Positions 28,723 through 39,742 of a DNA stretch of 61,158 bases are shown here, piece after piece. Origin of the DNA: Bdellovibrionota bacterium. GTDB lineage: Bacteria > Bdellovibrionota_C > UBA2361 > JBIKUX01. The stretch covers positions 1-61,158 of the forward strand of contig JBIKUX010000016.1 of the NCBI GenBank assembly GCA_044347345.1, read 5' to 3'. How positions within the stretch are numbered: the stretch's first letter is position 1; each line of letters starts with the position of its first letter. Position numbers and translations under genes: made by a program. The notes beneath the pieces were generated by a model that was not told the DNA's origin, did not search any database, and was given only the letters and a program-made list of their open reading frames with translations.

Positions 28723-29643
28723 TTACTCTACATAATTAATCACCTTCAATTTTAATTGCTCCCAAACATCTCTTCCGCCATGTTTAGGCAGAATAAACAG
28801 ATGTTTATATGAATTAGAGGGCATAGAAGTCTTAATTACTTGTACGCTCCAGAGACTATTACCGTAGCGCTTAACAAAGGTATTTATTCCCTCAAAGTTA
28901 ATTAGTTCGTCCTCTGAATGAACGATGACTAACGATTTTACCAAGGGCAAATTTCGCCCATTCACTCGCTTTTGAATTTTACCGTAAAGGTCAAAAAAAG
29001 AGCGATATAAACCAAGTGAAATATAATCTGAAGCTCTGGCTTCCAGTGGCACTAATGTAGGTAAACTTAAACCAAACGGAGATAACATCAATAGAGGCAT
29101 ACTGACGATGCTTGCAAACTTAATTATTGGCCTCAGAGACAAAGGTGGAGCAAAAAGTAGCAATGAAATATTCTCTAATCTTAGCCCATTAATACTATCA
29201 ATTGTTCCCACATTTATTGCTCTTTCTAAAGCGTCAATCCAAAGCAATGCCCCAGTGGAGTAACCGACTAAAATAAACTTTGAGGAGGTACATGAATTTA
29301 ATGATGTCTTAAGAAGAAAATTATCAACTTGCGATCGCCAACTTTTAAGAGAGACAGTTAAAGTCTGAGCATCACCTCCTTCATGGCCAGCCAAAGTTAT
29401 TGCTCTAGTTGTAAACCTTTCAGCTCCGATTACTTCACTAATAGGGCCAAGCACTCCAGAGTGGTTATTAAGACCGTGAAGAAAAAGGGCATAACCTTTT
29501 GAGTTTTTGCTACACAGAGTGTCCCCACGCGGAATAAAAACTGGTCTAATGCTTTCCTTACCTTGAGAATTTTTTTGAATCTCTTCGGACTTTAAAAAAC
29601 CTCGGCTACAACTTGCAAAAGTCAATAAGCCAATCTTCAGCAA
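28723..29643 (-). CDS. alpha/beta hydrolase (probable lipoprotein esterase)
   Basis: LFLHGLN, LAGH, nucleophile GYSTG, H.EDELI, C-terminal His. The start must lie downstream of tRNA-Val (TTG 29643 chosen); FASC lipobox. Confidence 0.8.
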   Translation of the reverse strand: MLKIGLLTFASCSRGFLKSEEIQKNSQGKESIRPVFIPRGDTLCSKNSKGYALFLHGLNNHSGVLGPISEVIGAERFTTRAITLAGHEGGDAQTLTVSLKSWRSQVDNFLLKTSLNSCTSSKFILVGYSTGALLWIDALERAINVGTIDSINGLRLENISLLLFAPPLSLRPIIKFASIVSMPLLMLSPFGLSLPTLVPLEARASDYISLGLYRSFFDLYGKIQKRVNGRNLPLVKSLVIVHSEDELINFEGINTFVKRYGNSLWSVQVIKTSMPSNSYKHLFILPKHGGRDVWEQLKLKVINYVE

Positions 29644-29707
29644 AGTGAAGTGTACTTTCCTTTCACGGGATAAAATTTGAGAGAGTAAAGAAATGCTTGG
29701 GGGGTTT

Positions 29708-29783
29708 TGGTGGGCGCTGCAAGGCTCGAACTTGCGACCCCCACCTTGTAAGGGTGATGCTCTACCAACTGAGCTAAGCGCCC
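29708..29783 (-). tRNA. tRNA-Val (TAC)
   Basis: GGGCGCTTAGCTCAGTTGGTAGAGCATCACCCTTACAAGGTGGGGGTCGCAAGTTCGAGCCTTGCAGCGCCCACCA. Confidence 0.98.
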
Positions 29784-29860
29784 GCCTCTTCTGAAGAGTC
29801 CCAAAAAACATAAAGAGTGTCAACTAATCCAGAGATTAAATGTTAACTATCTTTACATGC

Positions 29861-32329
29861 CTAATGAGTAACAATTCCTGAAGAACTATCTTTTACTTTA
29901 TCTACAATCGAGACATCATCCTCTACTTTAGATTTTTGACCAAGCTCAGAGAACAATAAGTCATCACGCATAAGCTTTTTATCTAGTAACTTATCAAAAA
30001 TGCCTAACTCTCTACACACTAAAGCTTCATATAATACCTGATCTACATGCGTTACAGGCACTATCTCGAGCGATGCTCTAACAGTTGGAGGAATCTCTTC
30101 GATATCTTTCTCGTTCTCTTTTGGGATAAGAATTTTAATGATTCCACCCCTATGAGCAGCTAACGCCTTTTCTTTTAAACCACCAATCGGAAGTACATTA
30201 CCTCTGAGAGTTATCTCCCCCGTCATCGCTACTAACTTATCTACCGGAATCTTAGTAAGAGCAGATACCATTGATGTAGCGATAGTAATTCCAGCTGATG
30301 GACCATCCTTAGGGATAGCTCCTTCTGGAACATGAACATGTAAATCAATTTTGTCATAAAAGTCGCGTGGTAGACCAAGCATCGCTGCTCGAGAACGGAC
30401 GTAACTAAGAGCAGCTCTCGCTGACTCCTGCATTACATCTCCCAACTTTCCAGTTATTTGAAGACGACCCTTTCCTGGAAGAACAGCGGTTTCGATTACC
30501 AGTAATTCACCACCATTTTCAGTCCAGGCAAGTCCAGTAGTTATACCAACTTGATCCTCCTCTTCTCCCATACCCACTCGAAAACGAGGCTGACCAAGGA
30601 ATTTAGTTATGTTCCCTTTGTCTATGGTAACCTGATGAGAGCTACCATTTTCTACCACCTCAACCGCTGCCTTTCGGCATAAAGTTGCGACCTCTCGCTC
30701 TAAATTACGAACACCAGACTCTCGAGTATACTTTCTTATAACCTCAAGGTAAGCATCATCGCCTATTGTGAGGTTAGCATCTTGCAACCCATTTTCTTCT
30801 AACTGCTTCTTAAACAGATATTTCTTAGCAATAGCTAACTTCTCAAGCTCCGTATAACCAGACAACCTAAGAATCTCCATCCTATCCATAAGAGGTTGAG
30901 GTATTGTATGAAGAGTATTTGCAGTTGTGATAAACAACACCTTCGATAAATCATAATCGCAATCAAGATAATGATCGTTAAAGGAATCATTTTGCTCTGG
31001 ATCTAGCACTTCGAGCAAAGCTGAAGATGGGTCGCCCCTAAAATCCATAGACATTTTATCTACTTCATCTAAGAGAAACACCGGATTGCTCGTTCCAGCT
31101 TTCTTTAACGACTGAATTATTTTACCTGGCAGAGCTCCAATGTATGTCCTTCTATGACCTCTAATCTCGGCTTCATCGCGAACCCCACCAAGAGCGATTC
31201 GCACAAATTTTCTACCTGTAGCTCTTGCTACAGACTTGCCTAGTGAAGTCTTCCCCACTCCTGGCGGTCCCACCAGACATAGTATTGGACCCTTCATCTT
31301 ACCAACTAATTTCTGTACAGCTAAATATTCGAGTATTCTTTCTTTTATCTTATCAAGACCGTAGTGGTCATCCTCTAAAACTTCCTTAGCATGATCAATA
31401 TCGATCTCGTCTTCAGAAACTTCATTCCATGGAAGAGCCAACATCCAATCAACATAATTTCGAACCACCGTTGCCTCTGCCGACATCGGAGACATCATTT
31501 TGAGTTTTCGAATCTCTTTATCTGTCTTATCTCGCGCCTCTTCAGGCATATCCTTTGATTTGAGCTTATCCTCAAGCTCTTGAATCTCATTACGAAAATC
31601 ATCTTTTTCACCGAGCTCTTTCTGAATAGCTCTCATCTGCTCGTTTAAATAGTATTCCTTTTGCGTCTTTTCCATCTGCTTTTTGACGCGATTACGAATA
31701 CGTTTCTCAACTTGAAGAATTTCTATCTCAGACTTCATGTGGCCGAGGATCTTTTCTAGTCTCTCAAGCGGTTCTAATGTTTCAAGAATATCCTGCTTAT
31801 CCTCAAGCTTTATGTTTAACTGTACAACGATTGCATCAGCAAGTCGTGAAGGATCTTCAATAGCATTAACCTGAACAATCATCTCAGGATTAACCTTTTT
31901 ACCGAGCTTCACATACTGGTCAAAAGTACCATTAACAGACCGCATTAAGGCTTTAAGTTCAGTTGATACTTCACTTGGTGGGATTATCTCCTCCACATTC
32001 ACCATCATGAAGTCTTCTTCTTGTACATAACCAGTGATTCGAGCTCGAGACTTTCCTTCAACAAGGACTTTAATCGGACCATCAGCAAGACGTATAAGCT
32101 GAACCACCTCACCAAGAGTCCCTACGTCATAAATATCTTTCGCAGTGGGATTACTAGTTCGAGCGTCTTTCTGAGCGGCGAGCATTATATATTTGCTCTC
32201 TCGCTGAGACTCTTCTATTGCTCTTACACTTTTTTCCCGCCCCACAAAAAGAGGGACAACCTGTTGTGGAAATACGACAAGCTCACGAAGAGCAAGCAGA
32301 GGAACTGGATTGACCAATGACACTTTCAT
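29861..32329 (-). CDS. lon: ATP-dependent protease La
   Basis: Walker [42 protein letters not shown]. Confidence 0.99.
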   Translation of the reverse strand: MKVSLVNPVPLLALRELVVFPQQVVPLFVGREKSVRAIEESQRESKYIMLAAQKDARTSNPTAKDIYDVGTLGEVVQLIRLADGPIKVLVEGKSRARITGYVQEEDFMMVNVEEIIPPSEVSTELKALMRSVNGTFDQYVKLGKKVNPEMIVQVNAIEDPSRLADAIVVQLNIKLEDKQDILETLEPLERLEKILGHMKSEIEILQVEKRIRNRVKKQMEKTQKEYYLNEQMRAIQKELGEKDDFRNEIQELEDKLKSKDMPEEARDKTDKEIRKLKMMSPMSAEATVVRNYVDWMLALPWNEVSEDEIDIDHAKEVLEDDHYGLDKIKERILEYLAVQKLVGKMKGPILCLVGPPGVGKTSLGKSVARATGRKFVRIALGGVRDEAEIRGHRRTYIGALPGKIIQSLKKAGTSNPVFLLDEVDKMSMDFRGDPSSALLEVLDPEQNDSFNDHYLDCDYDLSKVLFITTANTLHTIPQPLMDRMEILRLSGYTELEKLAIAKKYLFKKQLEENGLQDANLTIGDDAYLEVIRKYTRESGVRNLEREVATLCRKAAVEVVENGSSHQVTIDKGNITKFLGQPRFRVGMGEEEDQVGITTGLAWTENGGELLVIETAVLPGKGRLQITGKLGDVMQESARAALSYVRSRAAMLGLPRDFYDKIDLHVHVPEGAIPKDGPSAGITIATSMVSALTKIPVDKLVAMTGEITLRGNVLPIGGLKEKALAAHRGGIIKILIPKENEKDIEEIPPTVRASLEIVPVTHVDQVLYEALVCRELGIFDKLLDKKLMRDDLLFSELGQKSKVEDDVSIVDKVKDSSSGIVTH

Positions 32330-32608
32330 TTGCGTCTCTGACTATTCATTAAGCTCGAGGGAACTCCTTCGAGCGGATATACATTTGTAGTTAGGGATGC
32401 TTTTATCTTATTACAAGGTCACTCTAAAAGCATTCTTGTAAAACTATTACAACCCTCTTCAAACTATCATACTCCGATGAACTCATCAGAAAAAGGGCTT
32501 AGATGCTTAAAGAAGCTATAATATCGAATATAAAACATACTGCAATAAAATCAAAACAAACTAAGCGTATCAGAATTATAGCTAATTTCAGGTAATATTC
32601 GATTAAAG

Positions 32609-33874
32609 TTAAGCCGATTCAGCTCTGCTTTCGTGTACCACAAGAGGCCTTTCCCCCTTGACAATCGTGTCTTCAGAGATAACTACCTCTTTAATACTGG
32701 GATCTGATGGCACATCATACATTACCTCTAACATCGCTTGCTCCATAATAGCCCTGAGACCCCGAGCACCTGACTTTCTCTCTATTGCTAGCCTAGCAAC
32801 CGCCTTGAGTGCTTCATCAGTAATCCGAAGATGAACGTCTTCAAGCTCAAAAAGACGTCGGTACTGTTTAGTCAAGGCATTTTTTGGTTCAACGAGTATT
32901 CGAATCAAAGCATCTTCATCTAGATCTTCCAATGAGGCCAACAACGGTAAACGCCCAATAAATTCAGGAATAAGACCGAATTTTAGCAAATCTTCAGGCT
33001 GAACCTTCATCAATATTTTTGCCTTTTCAGCTTTGCGCTCTTGCTCACTTAAAACTTTAGATTGGTCTACACCGAATCCAAGCTTTTTTTCTCCAATTCG
33101 CTGCCGAATAATATCGTCTAAACCAACAAAAGCTCCTCCACAAATAAATAAGATATTACTGGTATCAACCTGCAAAAATTCCTGTTGTGGATGTTTTCGA
33201 CCACCTTTAGGGGGAACACTCGCAACCGTACCTTCTAACATCTTCAAAAGAGCTTGTTGAACCCCCTCACCTGATACGTCTCTGGTGATTGAAGGATTTT
33301 CAGATTTTCGCGAAATTTTATCAATTTCATCTATGTAGACAATGCCACGCTGAGCCTTCTCTACATCATAGTCAGCGGCTTGAAGTAAATTAAGAATAAT
33401 ATTTTCTACATCCTCACCCACATATCCTGCTTCGGTGAGACTAGTTGCATCAGTGATAGTAAAAGGCACCTGAAGTATTCGTGCTAAAGACTGAGCAAGT
33501 AGAGTTTTTCCAGTACCAGTTGGACCAATTAATAAAATATTTGATTTAGCTATCTCTACATCTGACCCCTTACGAGAATCAATCCTTTTATAATGGTTGT
33601 GTACAGCAACAGATAAAACCTTTTTAGCGTACTCCTGACCAACCACATACTGATCCAGAAAAGATTTTATCTCTCTTGGTCTCGGAATTTTTGATTGAGT
33701 AGCAATGGTTTCATCTTGCTCCACCTCATCCGCAATGATGTCATTACACAGCTCAATACATTCATCACATATATAAACAGATGGGCCAGCTATGAGCTTT
33801 CTGACTTCTTCCTGAGTTCTTCCACAAAAAGAGCAGCTTAGCGAAGTCCTACCTTTATCACTCGACTTACTCAA
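32609..33874 (-). CDS. clpX: ATP-dependent Clp protease ATP-binding subunit
   Basis: Zn finger CSFC...[39 protein letters not shown] start after AGGAG (GTG 33883 is the alternative). Confidence 0.99.
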   Translation of the reverse strand: MSKSSDKGRTSLSCSFCGRTQEEVRKLIAGPSVYICDECIELCNDIIADEVEQDETIATQSKIPRPREIKSFLDQYVVGQEYAKKVLSVAVHNHYKRIDSRKGSDVEIAKSNILLIGPTGTGKTLLAQSLARILQVPFTITDATSLTEAGYVGEDVENIILNLLQAADYDVEKAQRGIVYIDEIDKISRKSENPSITRDVSGEGVQQALLKMLEGTVASVPPKGGRKHPQQEFLQVDTSNILFICGGAFVGLDDIIRQRIGEKKLGFGVDQSKVLSEQERKAEKAKILMKVQPEDLLKFGLIPEFIGRLPLLASLEDLDEDALIRILVEPKNALTKQYRRLFELEDVHLRITDEALKAVARLAIERKSGARGLRAIMEQAMLEVMYDVPSDPSIKEVVISEDTIVKGERPLVVHESRAESA

Positions 33875-33934
33875 AGCAATCACTCCTAAAATTACTTAGC
33901 AAATATATCTAAATGCTACTTCAAACACCCATAT

Positions 33935-34537
33935 CTATGGATTTTTTACCAACTCATTGCGCTCAAATACTTTGTCTATTATGCCGTACTCTTGAGCCTG
34001 CTGTGCTGTCATAAAGTTATCACGATCCGTATCACTTACAACCTCGTCTACGGTTTTACCCGTATGGTAAGAGAGGATTCCACTAACAGCTAGCTTAACC
34101 TTCTGAATCTCTTGTGCATGAATTAAAATGTCAGAGGCCTGACCTTGGAATCCTCCCAGAGGCTGGTGGATCATAATACGCGCATGAGGCAGTGAAGAAC
34201 GCTTACCTTTTGCCCCACCAGACAAAAGTAGCGCCCCCATACTGGCAGCTTGACCAAGACACACTGTTGCTACATCAGGGCGTACGTATTGCATAGTATC
34301 GTAAATTGCTAAACCTGCCGTAACAGAGCCTCCAGGGCTGTTAATATAAAGATATATGTCCTTCTCAGGATCATCGCTTTCGAGAAAAAGTAATTGAGCA
34401 GCAATTAAATTCGCTACTGTATCATTTACTTCGGTTCCAAGAAAAATAATTCGTTCCTTTAAAAGACGCGAATATATGTCGTAGGATCGCTCACCTCGCC
34501 CAGTTTGCTCTATTACATAAGGAACGTACGTTGTCAT
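33935..34537 (-). CDS. clpP: Clp protease proteolytic subunit
   Basis: [37 protein letters not shown]. Confidence 0.99.
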   Translation of the reverse strand: MTTYVPYVIEQTGRGERSYDIYSRLLKERIIFLGTEVNDTVANLIAAQLLFLESDDPEKDIYLYINSPGGSVTAGLAIYDTMQYVRPDVATVCLGQAASMGALLLSGGAKGKRSSLPHARIMIHQPLGGFQGQASDILIHAQEIQKVKLAVSGILSYHTGKTVDEVVSDTDRDNFMTAQQAQEYGIIDKVFERNELVKNP

Positions 34538-34790
34538 ATACTTTGTATCCTATTTCACAAACCTAAAAACATCTAATTAAGCACTAGTCAATAAGAGACT
34601 TGGCCACACAACAAGATGCTCCACACATTATCACTTCATTATTCGTTAATCTCTTAAGTGTGCGAAAGATATTTTTACCTTTTGCCAGCTTAAAACTTTA
34701 TTAAATCAGTAAAAGAATTTTACACACATAAAATTGCTTTGTGGCGCTGTTTTTCTGATGAATCCTTCATTTAAAGCTATTATTTCTGAT

Positions 34791-36143
34791 CTACAAGCCT
34801 TCCAACTGCTCCCTTTTTTCGCTTTTAGGTAACAAGGTTATGGTTGCTTTATCCCGAAGCTCCTTTATCAATTTATCTCGTAAAAGCTCGCGGGTAAAAT
34901 TATTATAAATTTCTTGTTTTCTTAATTTTTTAATAACCTCCTCTTCACTTTGGTTGCCTGTAAGAGCTATGTTACGAATAGCTTCAGCTTTTTCCTGCTC
35001 AGATACCTCTATACCTTTTTTCTTGACAATTGCGTCAATAATTATAGTCGATCTAACTCTTTCGTCAGCAATTTCATTCAATCTTTCCCTGTATTTGCTC
35101 ACGTCAATCTCAGATACATCATACCGGGACGGATCAAGAACTCCAACTCGAATCAACATGGATCTAATCTCGTTATCCAATAATATCTGTGGGATAAGAA
35201 ATTGATTGCATTGACATAATTGCTTCAAAATCGCGGCATTGACGGCATTTTCATGCTCATTTTCGAGATCTTTGCGCATCAATTCTACAACACGCTCGCG
35301 AAATGCTTGGACTGTATTTATACCATCTACTTTAAGATCCTTACAAACTTCGGTGACTAACTCATCAGTTAGAACCGGCAATTCCCATGAATGGATTGAT
35401 TCAAGTTCAAATTTGACCCGTGTTTCCTTACCAATAAGCGATTTGGTTGGAGACTCCTCGGGGAAAACACCCACTTCATCGATTACCATTCCAACTGAAG
35501 AGCCTATAATTCTGTCCTCAACTGACTTAGGAAGATGGTTAACGCCAAGACGAAAGGTTATTGGTTCCGGAGCAAAGTCCTGACCTGTTTCTACAACGGT
35601 GCAAGATATTTTTCCTTGCACGATATCATTTTGAATAACGTGGGAGCGATCTGTTATCTGAACTAGTTTACCTCTTCTAGCAATTAAATCTTGTATTCGC
35701 TCGTCTACGGCGCTATCTAAAAGCTCTGGAGCATCAACTGCTACGGAAATATCTTCATAACCGGTAACATCTGGCGACGGCATAATAGCTACAATAGCAA
35801 CAAAAGAAAAATCCTTGCCATCTTCAAATTGCTCTATAGTAATTTCAGGCTCACCAACCAATGGAATCTCAGCCTCAGTTAAGACTCTATATAAGCTCTC
35901 TGACATTAATTTTTGAACTACTTCAGCTCGCGCAGCATCGCCATGAATTCGTTCGATTAAATCAAGAGGAGCTTTACCAGGACGAAATCCGTTAACTTTT
36001 GCCGAATTTCTCACTCTTCTTATATTTATTCTAACTCTTTCCTCGAATAATGAAGCAGGCACCGCTATCCGAATAGATTTAGTTACTTCGTCAATCTCTT
36101 CAATAGTCGAGCTATAGTCAAAGGCCGTAGACGATTCATTCAT
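34791..36143 (-). CDS. tig: trigger factor
   Basis: GFRPGKAP ribosome-binding motif; upstream of clpP. Confidence 0.93.
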   Translation of the reverse strand: MNESSTAFDYSSTIEEIDEVTKSIRIAVPASLFEERVRINIRRVRNSAKVNGFRPGKAPLDLIERIHGDAARAEVVQKLMSESLYRVLTEAEIPLVGEPEITIEQFEDGKDFSFVAIVAIMPSPDVTGYEDISVAVDAPELLDSAVDERIQDLIARRGKLVQITDRSHVIQNDIVQGKISCTVVETGQDFAPEPITFRLGVNHLPKSVEDRIIGSSVGMVIDEVGVFPEESPTKSLIGKETRVKFELESIHSWELPVLTDELVTEVCKDLKVDGINTVQAFRERVVELMRKDLENEHENAVNAAILKQLCQCNQFLIPQILLDNEIRSMLIRVGVLDPSRYDVSEIDVSKYRERLNEIADERVRSTIIIDAIVKKKGIEVSEQEKAEAIRNIALTGNQSEEEVIKKLRKQEIYNNFTRELLRDKLIKELRDKATITLLPKSEKREQLEGL

Positions 36144-36230
36144 ACTTAATCCAACACATCAATCATTACAAAAAGGTAACACACGCCGCCCCACTGCTCA
36201 AAGCGTATAGACCTTGCTAATTAAAAAAAG

Positions 36231-36929
36231 CTACCGTTTTCTCTGACTAATAATCGCATTTGCTAAAATTAAATCCTCGGGAGTCGTAATTTTTATATTT
36301 GTTTGCTCACCAAGCACCACTTTAATTTGACATTTATCAAACAGAAGTGAAGCGTCATCGGTAGCCGAGCTACTAGTATCACGATGAGCCTTTAGTAATA
36401 TCTTAAAAGGTAATACTTGAGGAGTTTGAACACGCCAAATTGCATCCCTCGGATAAGTTCCCCGACAAATAAGATTTTCATCAACTATATGCAAAGTATC
36501 AGTAGAAGGTATTGCTGCTATAGCAGCACCCGCCTCTATAGCAGTAGCTATGGTCAGTGATAACAGATCCCTGGTAATTAAACATCTAGCTCCATCATGA
36601 ATTACTACTAGATCAGGGGGTTCATTCAACACTTCACACCACTCCAGTCCTCGAAGAACTGAAGCAGAACGAGTGCTACCACCGTCGACACAACTGACAG
36701 CAGACGGAAAATTTAAACCTAAAAAAACCTCTCTTTGCTTCGGAGGTACAACAACTACAACGTGAGAAATCGTTGGTTCTGCTAAAAATACTTCCACAGT
36801 GCGTTGAATAACTGTAATTCCATCAATCGGAATCAAAGTTTTTATTGGAAGATTAACTTCGCGTTCACGCATTCGGCTGCCATCACCAGCGGCCGGAATA
36901 ATGGCTACAACTACCGGAGAACTAGCCAT
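36231..36929 (-). CDS. ispD: 2-C-methyl-D-erythritol 4-phosphate cytidylyltransferase
   Basis: IPAAG.GSRM, GG.TR..SV, IHDGAR, QTPQ, TDDASL, NIKITTPED. Confidence 0.96.
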   Translation of the reverse strand: MASSPVVVAIIPAAGDGSRMREREVNLPIKTLIPIDGITVIQRTVEVFLAEPTISHVVVVVPPKQREVFLGLNFPSAVSCVDGGSTRSASVLRGLEWCEVLNEPPDLVVIHDGARCLITRDLLSLTIATAIEAGAAIAAIPSTDTLHIVDENLICRGTYPRDAIWRVQTPQVLPFKILLKAHRDTSSSATDDASLLFDKCQIKVVLGEQTNIKITTPEDLILANAIISQRKR

Positions 36930-36958
36930 ATACAAAAACTCTCATTATTTATCGTGAA

Positions 36959-38104
36959 CTACCGCAGATTTATGATGGAGTCATCGGTTGTTTTCTTCAC
37001 TGCCAAAGAATTAGGTAAACGCCTCATAGATTTTTCCCCTCGAAGGTCACTTACCGAGCGCACTCCCTCTTCGCTGAGATAACGAGATAAATCTTTACAA
37101 ATCTGACGAATTAAAAAAGGTCCCTCATAAACTAAACCAGTATACAGTTGCACTAAAGAAGCACCAGCACCAAGAAAGTTAAGAACTTGAGTAAGAGAGC
37201 GAATACCCCCCACACCAATTAACGGAATTTTTCCCTGTGTTCGCTCGAAAATATATGAAAGAACTGATACTGCCCGCTCATGCAACGGCTCACCACTTAT
37301 TCCACCCGGCAAAGAGTCAGCATCTCGACACACTGAACGGTCAATAGTTGTATTAGTAGCTACAATCCCAGATATGCCAGCAGCTAAAACTGCCTCTAAC
37401 ACATCGTCTAACTCTGAAAAACTTAAATCAGGTGCTATTTTAACAAAAACAGGAATAGGAGCTTCAGTACTTAGTGATCTAAATATTGCCTCTAATCGGC
37501 TTTTTTCCTGCAATTTTCTCAACTCAGGAGTGTTAGGTGACGAAACATTAACTACAACATAATCAGCTAAAGAACTGACAGCCCTTAAAAGCTCTGCATA
37601 CTCCTTTGGTGCATCGTTTAATAATGTTGCTTTTGATTTTCCGATATTTACGCCCAGTTTTGTCGTATCAAGACCTCTAGAACTAGCTCGAACCGACTCC
37701 AAACGACTAACAACTTTTTTTATACCACTAGAGGGAAATCCTAATGAATTTACTAATGCGTTCCGATGCGGAATACGAAAAAGTCGCGGCGAGTCATTCC
37801 CTGGCTGAATATCTGTGGTTACTGTTCCAATCTCTATATGCCCAAATCCCAGTGCTGCGAGTGCTAAACAGGCAGAACCGTCCTTATCAAATCCAGCGGC
37901 TAATCCAATCGGATTAGCAAACTTAATACCCGACACTTCTACCTTAAGCCTTTCATCCGGCATCGCAGTAAACATACGAATAAGAGACGAACCGCCTCTA
38001 ATATTACTAAGCAAAGCTCCGGTTTTAAGGGCAAGGTGATGGGCTTTCTCGCACTCGAAAGAAAACAATGCAGGGCGCACAAATGATCTGTATAACAACC
38101 CCAT
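36959..38104 (-). CDS. pyrD: quinone-dependent dihydroorotate dehydrogenase (class 2)
   Basis: NPIGLAAGFDK, QPGN..PRLFR, NIGK, NVSSPNTP, VKIAPD, TNTT, GVGGI. Confidence 0.97.
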   Translation of the reverse strand: MGLLYRSFVRPALFSFECEKAHHLALKTGALLSNIRGGSSLIRMFTAMPDERLKVEVSGIKFANPIGLAAGFDKDGSACLALAALGFGHIEIGTVTTDIQPGNDSPRLFRIPHRNALVNSLGFPSSGIKKVVSRLESVRASSRGLDTTKLGVNIGKSKATLLNDAPKEYAELLRAVSSLADYVVVNVSSPNTPELRKLQEKSRLEAIFRSLSTEAPIPVFVKIAPDLSFSELDDVLEAVLAAGISGIVATNTTIDRSVCRDADSLPGGISGEPLHERAVSVLSYIFERTQGKIPLIGVGGIRSLTQVLNFLGAGASLVQLYTGLVYEGPFLIRQICKDLSRYLSEEGVRSVSDLRGEKSMRRLPNSLAVKKTTDDSIINLR

Positions 38105-38186
38105 ATTTTGATACTACCCTATATTGATTACTCACTTAATTGCTGAGCTCAGCAATGCTTATACTCTTTTTACCTTTATTATTGAA

Positions 38187-38762
38187 TTATTGGTGGTAAT
38201 TACTGGGATTATCAAGAAGGTCTTTGGTGAATAACAAAGCCCCTTCATTTGTATCATCGTAAAAATTAGGTCTGAATCCAACTCGGTCAAAACCCATTGA
38301 GCGGTATAACTTTTGTGCTACAAAATTCCTCTCACGACACTCAAGGTGCACCCACCTTACCCTTCTAACTAGCATATCCGAACACACTTCAGAAACCACT
38401 AGCTTACCTAGACCTAAGCCTCTATACTTTGTCTCTACAGCAAAGTTCAAAATATGAGCTTGATCTAAAACTTTGTGCCACACCAAAAATGCGATAAGCT
38501 CACACCTTTCTTCTATCCCTGCTAAACTAGCATTTAGCAAAACACCGAAAATAAAACTGTGAGGTACCTCCCACTCTTTACGAAAGTTGTTTTCCGTCCA
38601 TAAAGAAAACTCCGTACTTTTCTCGATGCGAACTAAATCTTTTATCCAACCTTCAACGAGATTCTTATTTTTGAACTTAGAGAGATCTGTTAGGTCAGTG
38701 CACAATTTTAGATTTTTAACTAAATCTACTTTATTAGGCAAGCTTGGTATCTCTTTTGCCAC
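38187..38762 (-). CDS. rimI: RimI-like GNAT N-acetyltransferase
   Basis: AHILNFAV...YRGLGLG, LECRERN..AQKLY...GF...G.R..FY.D..E.A. Confidence 0.85.
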   Translation of the reverse strand: MAKEIPSLPNKVDLVKNLKLCTDLTDLSKFKNKNLVEGWIKDLVRIEKSTEFSLWTENNFRKEWEVPHSFIFGVLLNASLAGIEERCELIAFLVWHKVLDQAHILNFAVETKYRGLGLGKLVVSEVCSDMLVRRVRWVHLECRERNFVAQKLYRSMGFDRVGFRPNFYDDTNEGALLFTKDLLDNPSNYHQ

Positions 38763-38822
38763 CTTTTATTAGTACTAGTTTATCTCAATAATCCAAAACC
38801 AGTTTTACTACCTACCCTATAT

Positions 38823-39218
38823 CTATAAAGATAAATTCGAGCCAGAGGATGGTAAACTTCCGGCTGAACTAATGGCTAATTGGGCTTTCTCAACCAAAAG
38901 GGCAAATGTTTGTAAATCTCTCACCGCTAAGTCAGCTAAGTTCTTACGATCGAGCTCCACTCCAGCTTTTGCTAACCCTGCCATAAACACGCTGTAAGAT
39001 AATCCATACATTCGCGCAGCGGCGTTTATACGCACTATCCAAAGCCGTCTAAACTCACGTTTACGCTCTTTTCGACCGCGATACGCCATTTTTAACGACC
39101 GCTGCACCGCGAGCTTAGTTAAACGAAAGCAATTTTTACGACGACCGCGAAAACCCTTAGCTAACTTTTTTATTTTATTGTGCCTACGCCGTCGCACAAT
39201 TCCAGTCTTTACGCGCAT
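38823..39218 (-). CDS. rplT: 50S ribosomal protein L20
   Basis: [37 protein letters not shown]. Confidence 0.98.
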   Translation of the reverse strand: MRVKTGIVRRRRHNKIKKLAKGFRGRRKNCFRLTKLAVQRSLKMAYRGRKERKREFRRLWIVRINAAARMYGLSYSVFMAGLAKAGVELDRKNLADLAVRDLQTFALLVEKAQLAISSAGSLPSSGSNLSL

Positions 39219-39312
39219 GTTTCCTCACAAATTTTGAGAGATCTTACTGTTACTATTCTTTACTGATCTACAAACTTAAATTCAAAAGTTGTCTACCTGT
39301 ATAAATCTTAGG

Positions 39313-39519
39313 CTATCGCCGACTTAACAAAGGCAACATCCCCTCTACATGATTCATGTTAGTTTCATCAATACCAATGGTCTTTCGAAGACGACGAAGT
39401 CTAGCAGGAGATCTTTTCGAGGTGTTGTGGCTAGTAAAAGCCTGTGCTCGCTTTATTCGCCCACTAGCTGCTACTTTGAACTTCTTGTAGGCTGTCCGAT
39501 TTGTCTTCATTTTAGGCAT
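39313..39519 (-). CDS. rpmI: 50S ribosomal protein L35
   Basis: MPKMKT...KKFK...G.IKR.....H; directly upstream of rplT. Confidence 0.95.
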   Translation of the reverse strand: MPKMKTNRTAYKKFKVAASGRIKRAQAFTSHNTSKRSPARLRRLRKTIGIDETNMNHVEGMLPLLSRR

Positions 39520-39551
39520 TTAAAGATCCTATTTTTAACGAGATCAAGGGT

Positions 39552-39628
<77 letters not shown>

Positions 39629-39742
39629 TCACACAACGCGCTCTACAAGCTATCCTTTTCTTCAATTAGAGTCAAACGGTTATCGTCACCTCCTATAAAA
39701 TCGAGTCAACAATAACACAGCATATAATAATTTGATTATATT

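Noticed and set aside
29644..29823. N-terminal 60 aa of the 366-aa hydrolase ORF
   Set aside because: It runs through tRNA-Val(TAC), so the true start must be downstream.
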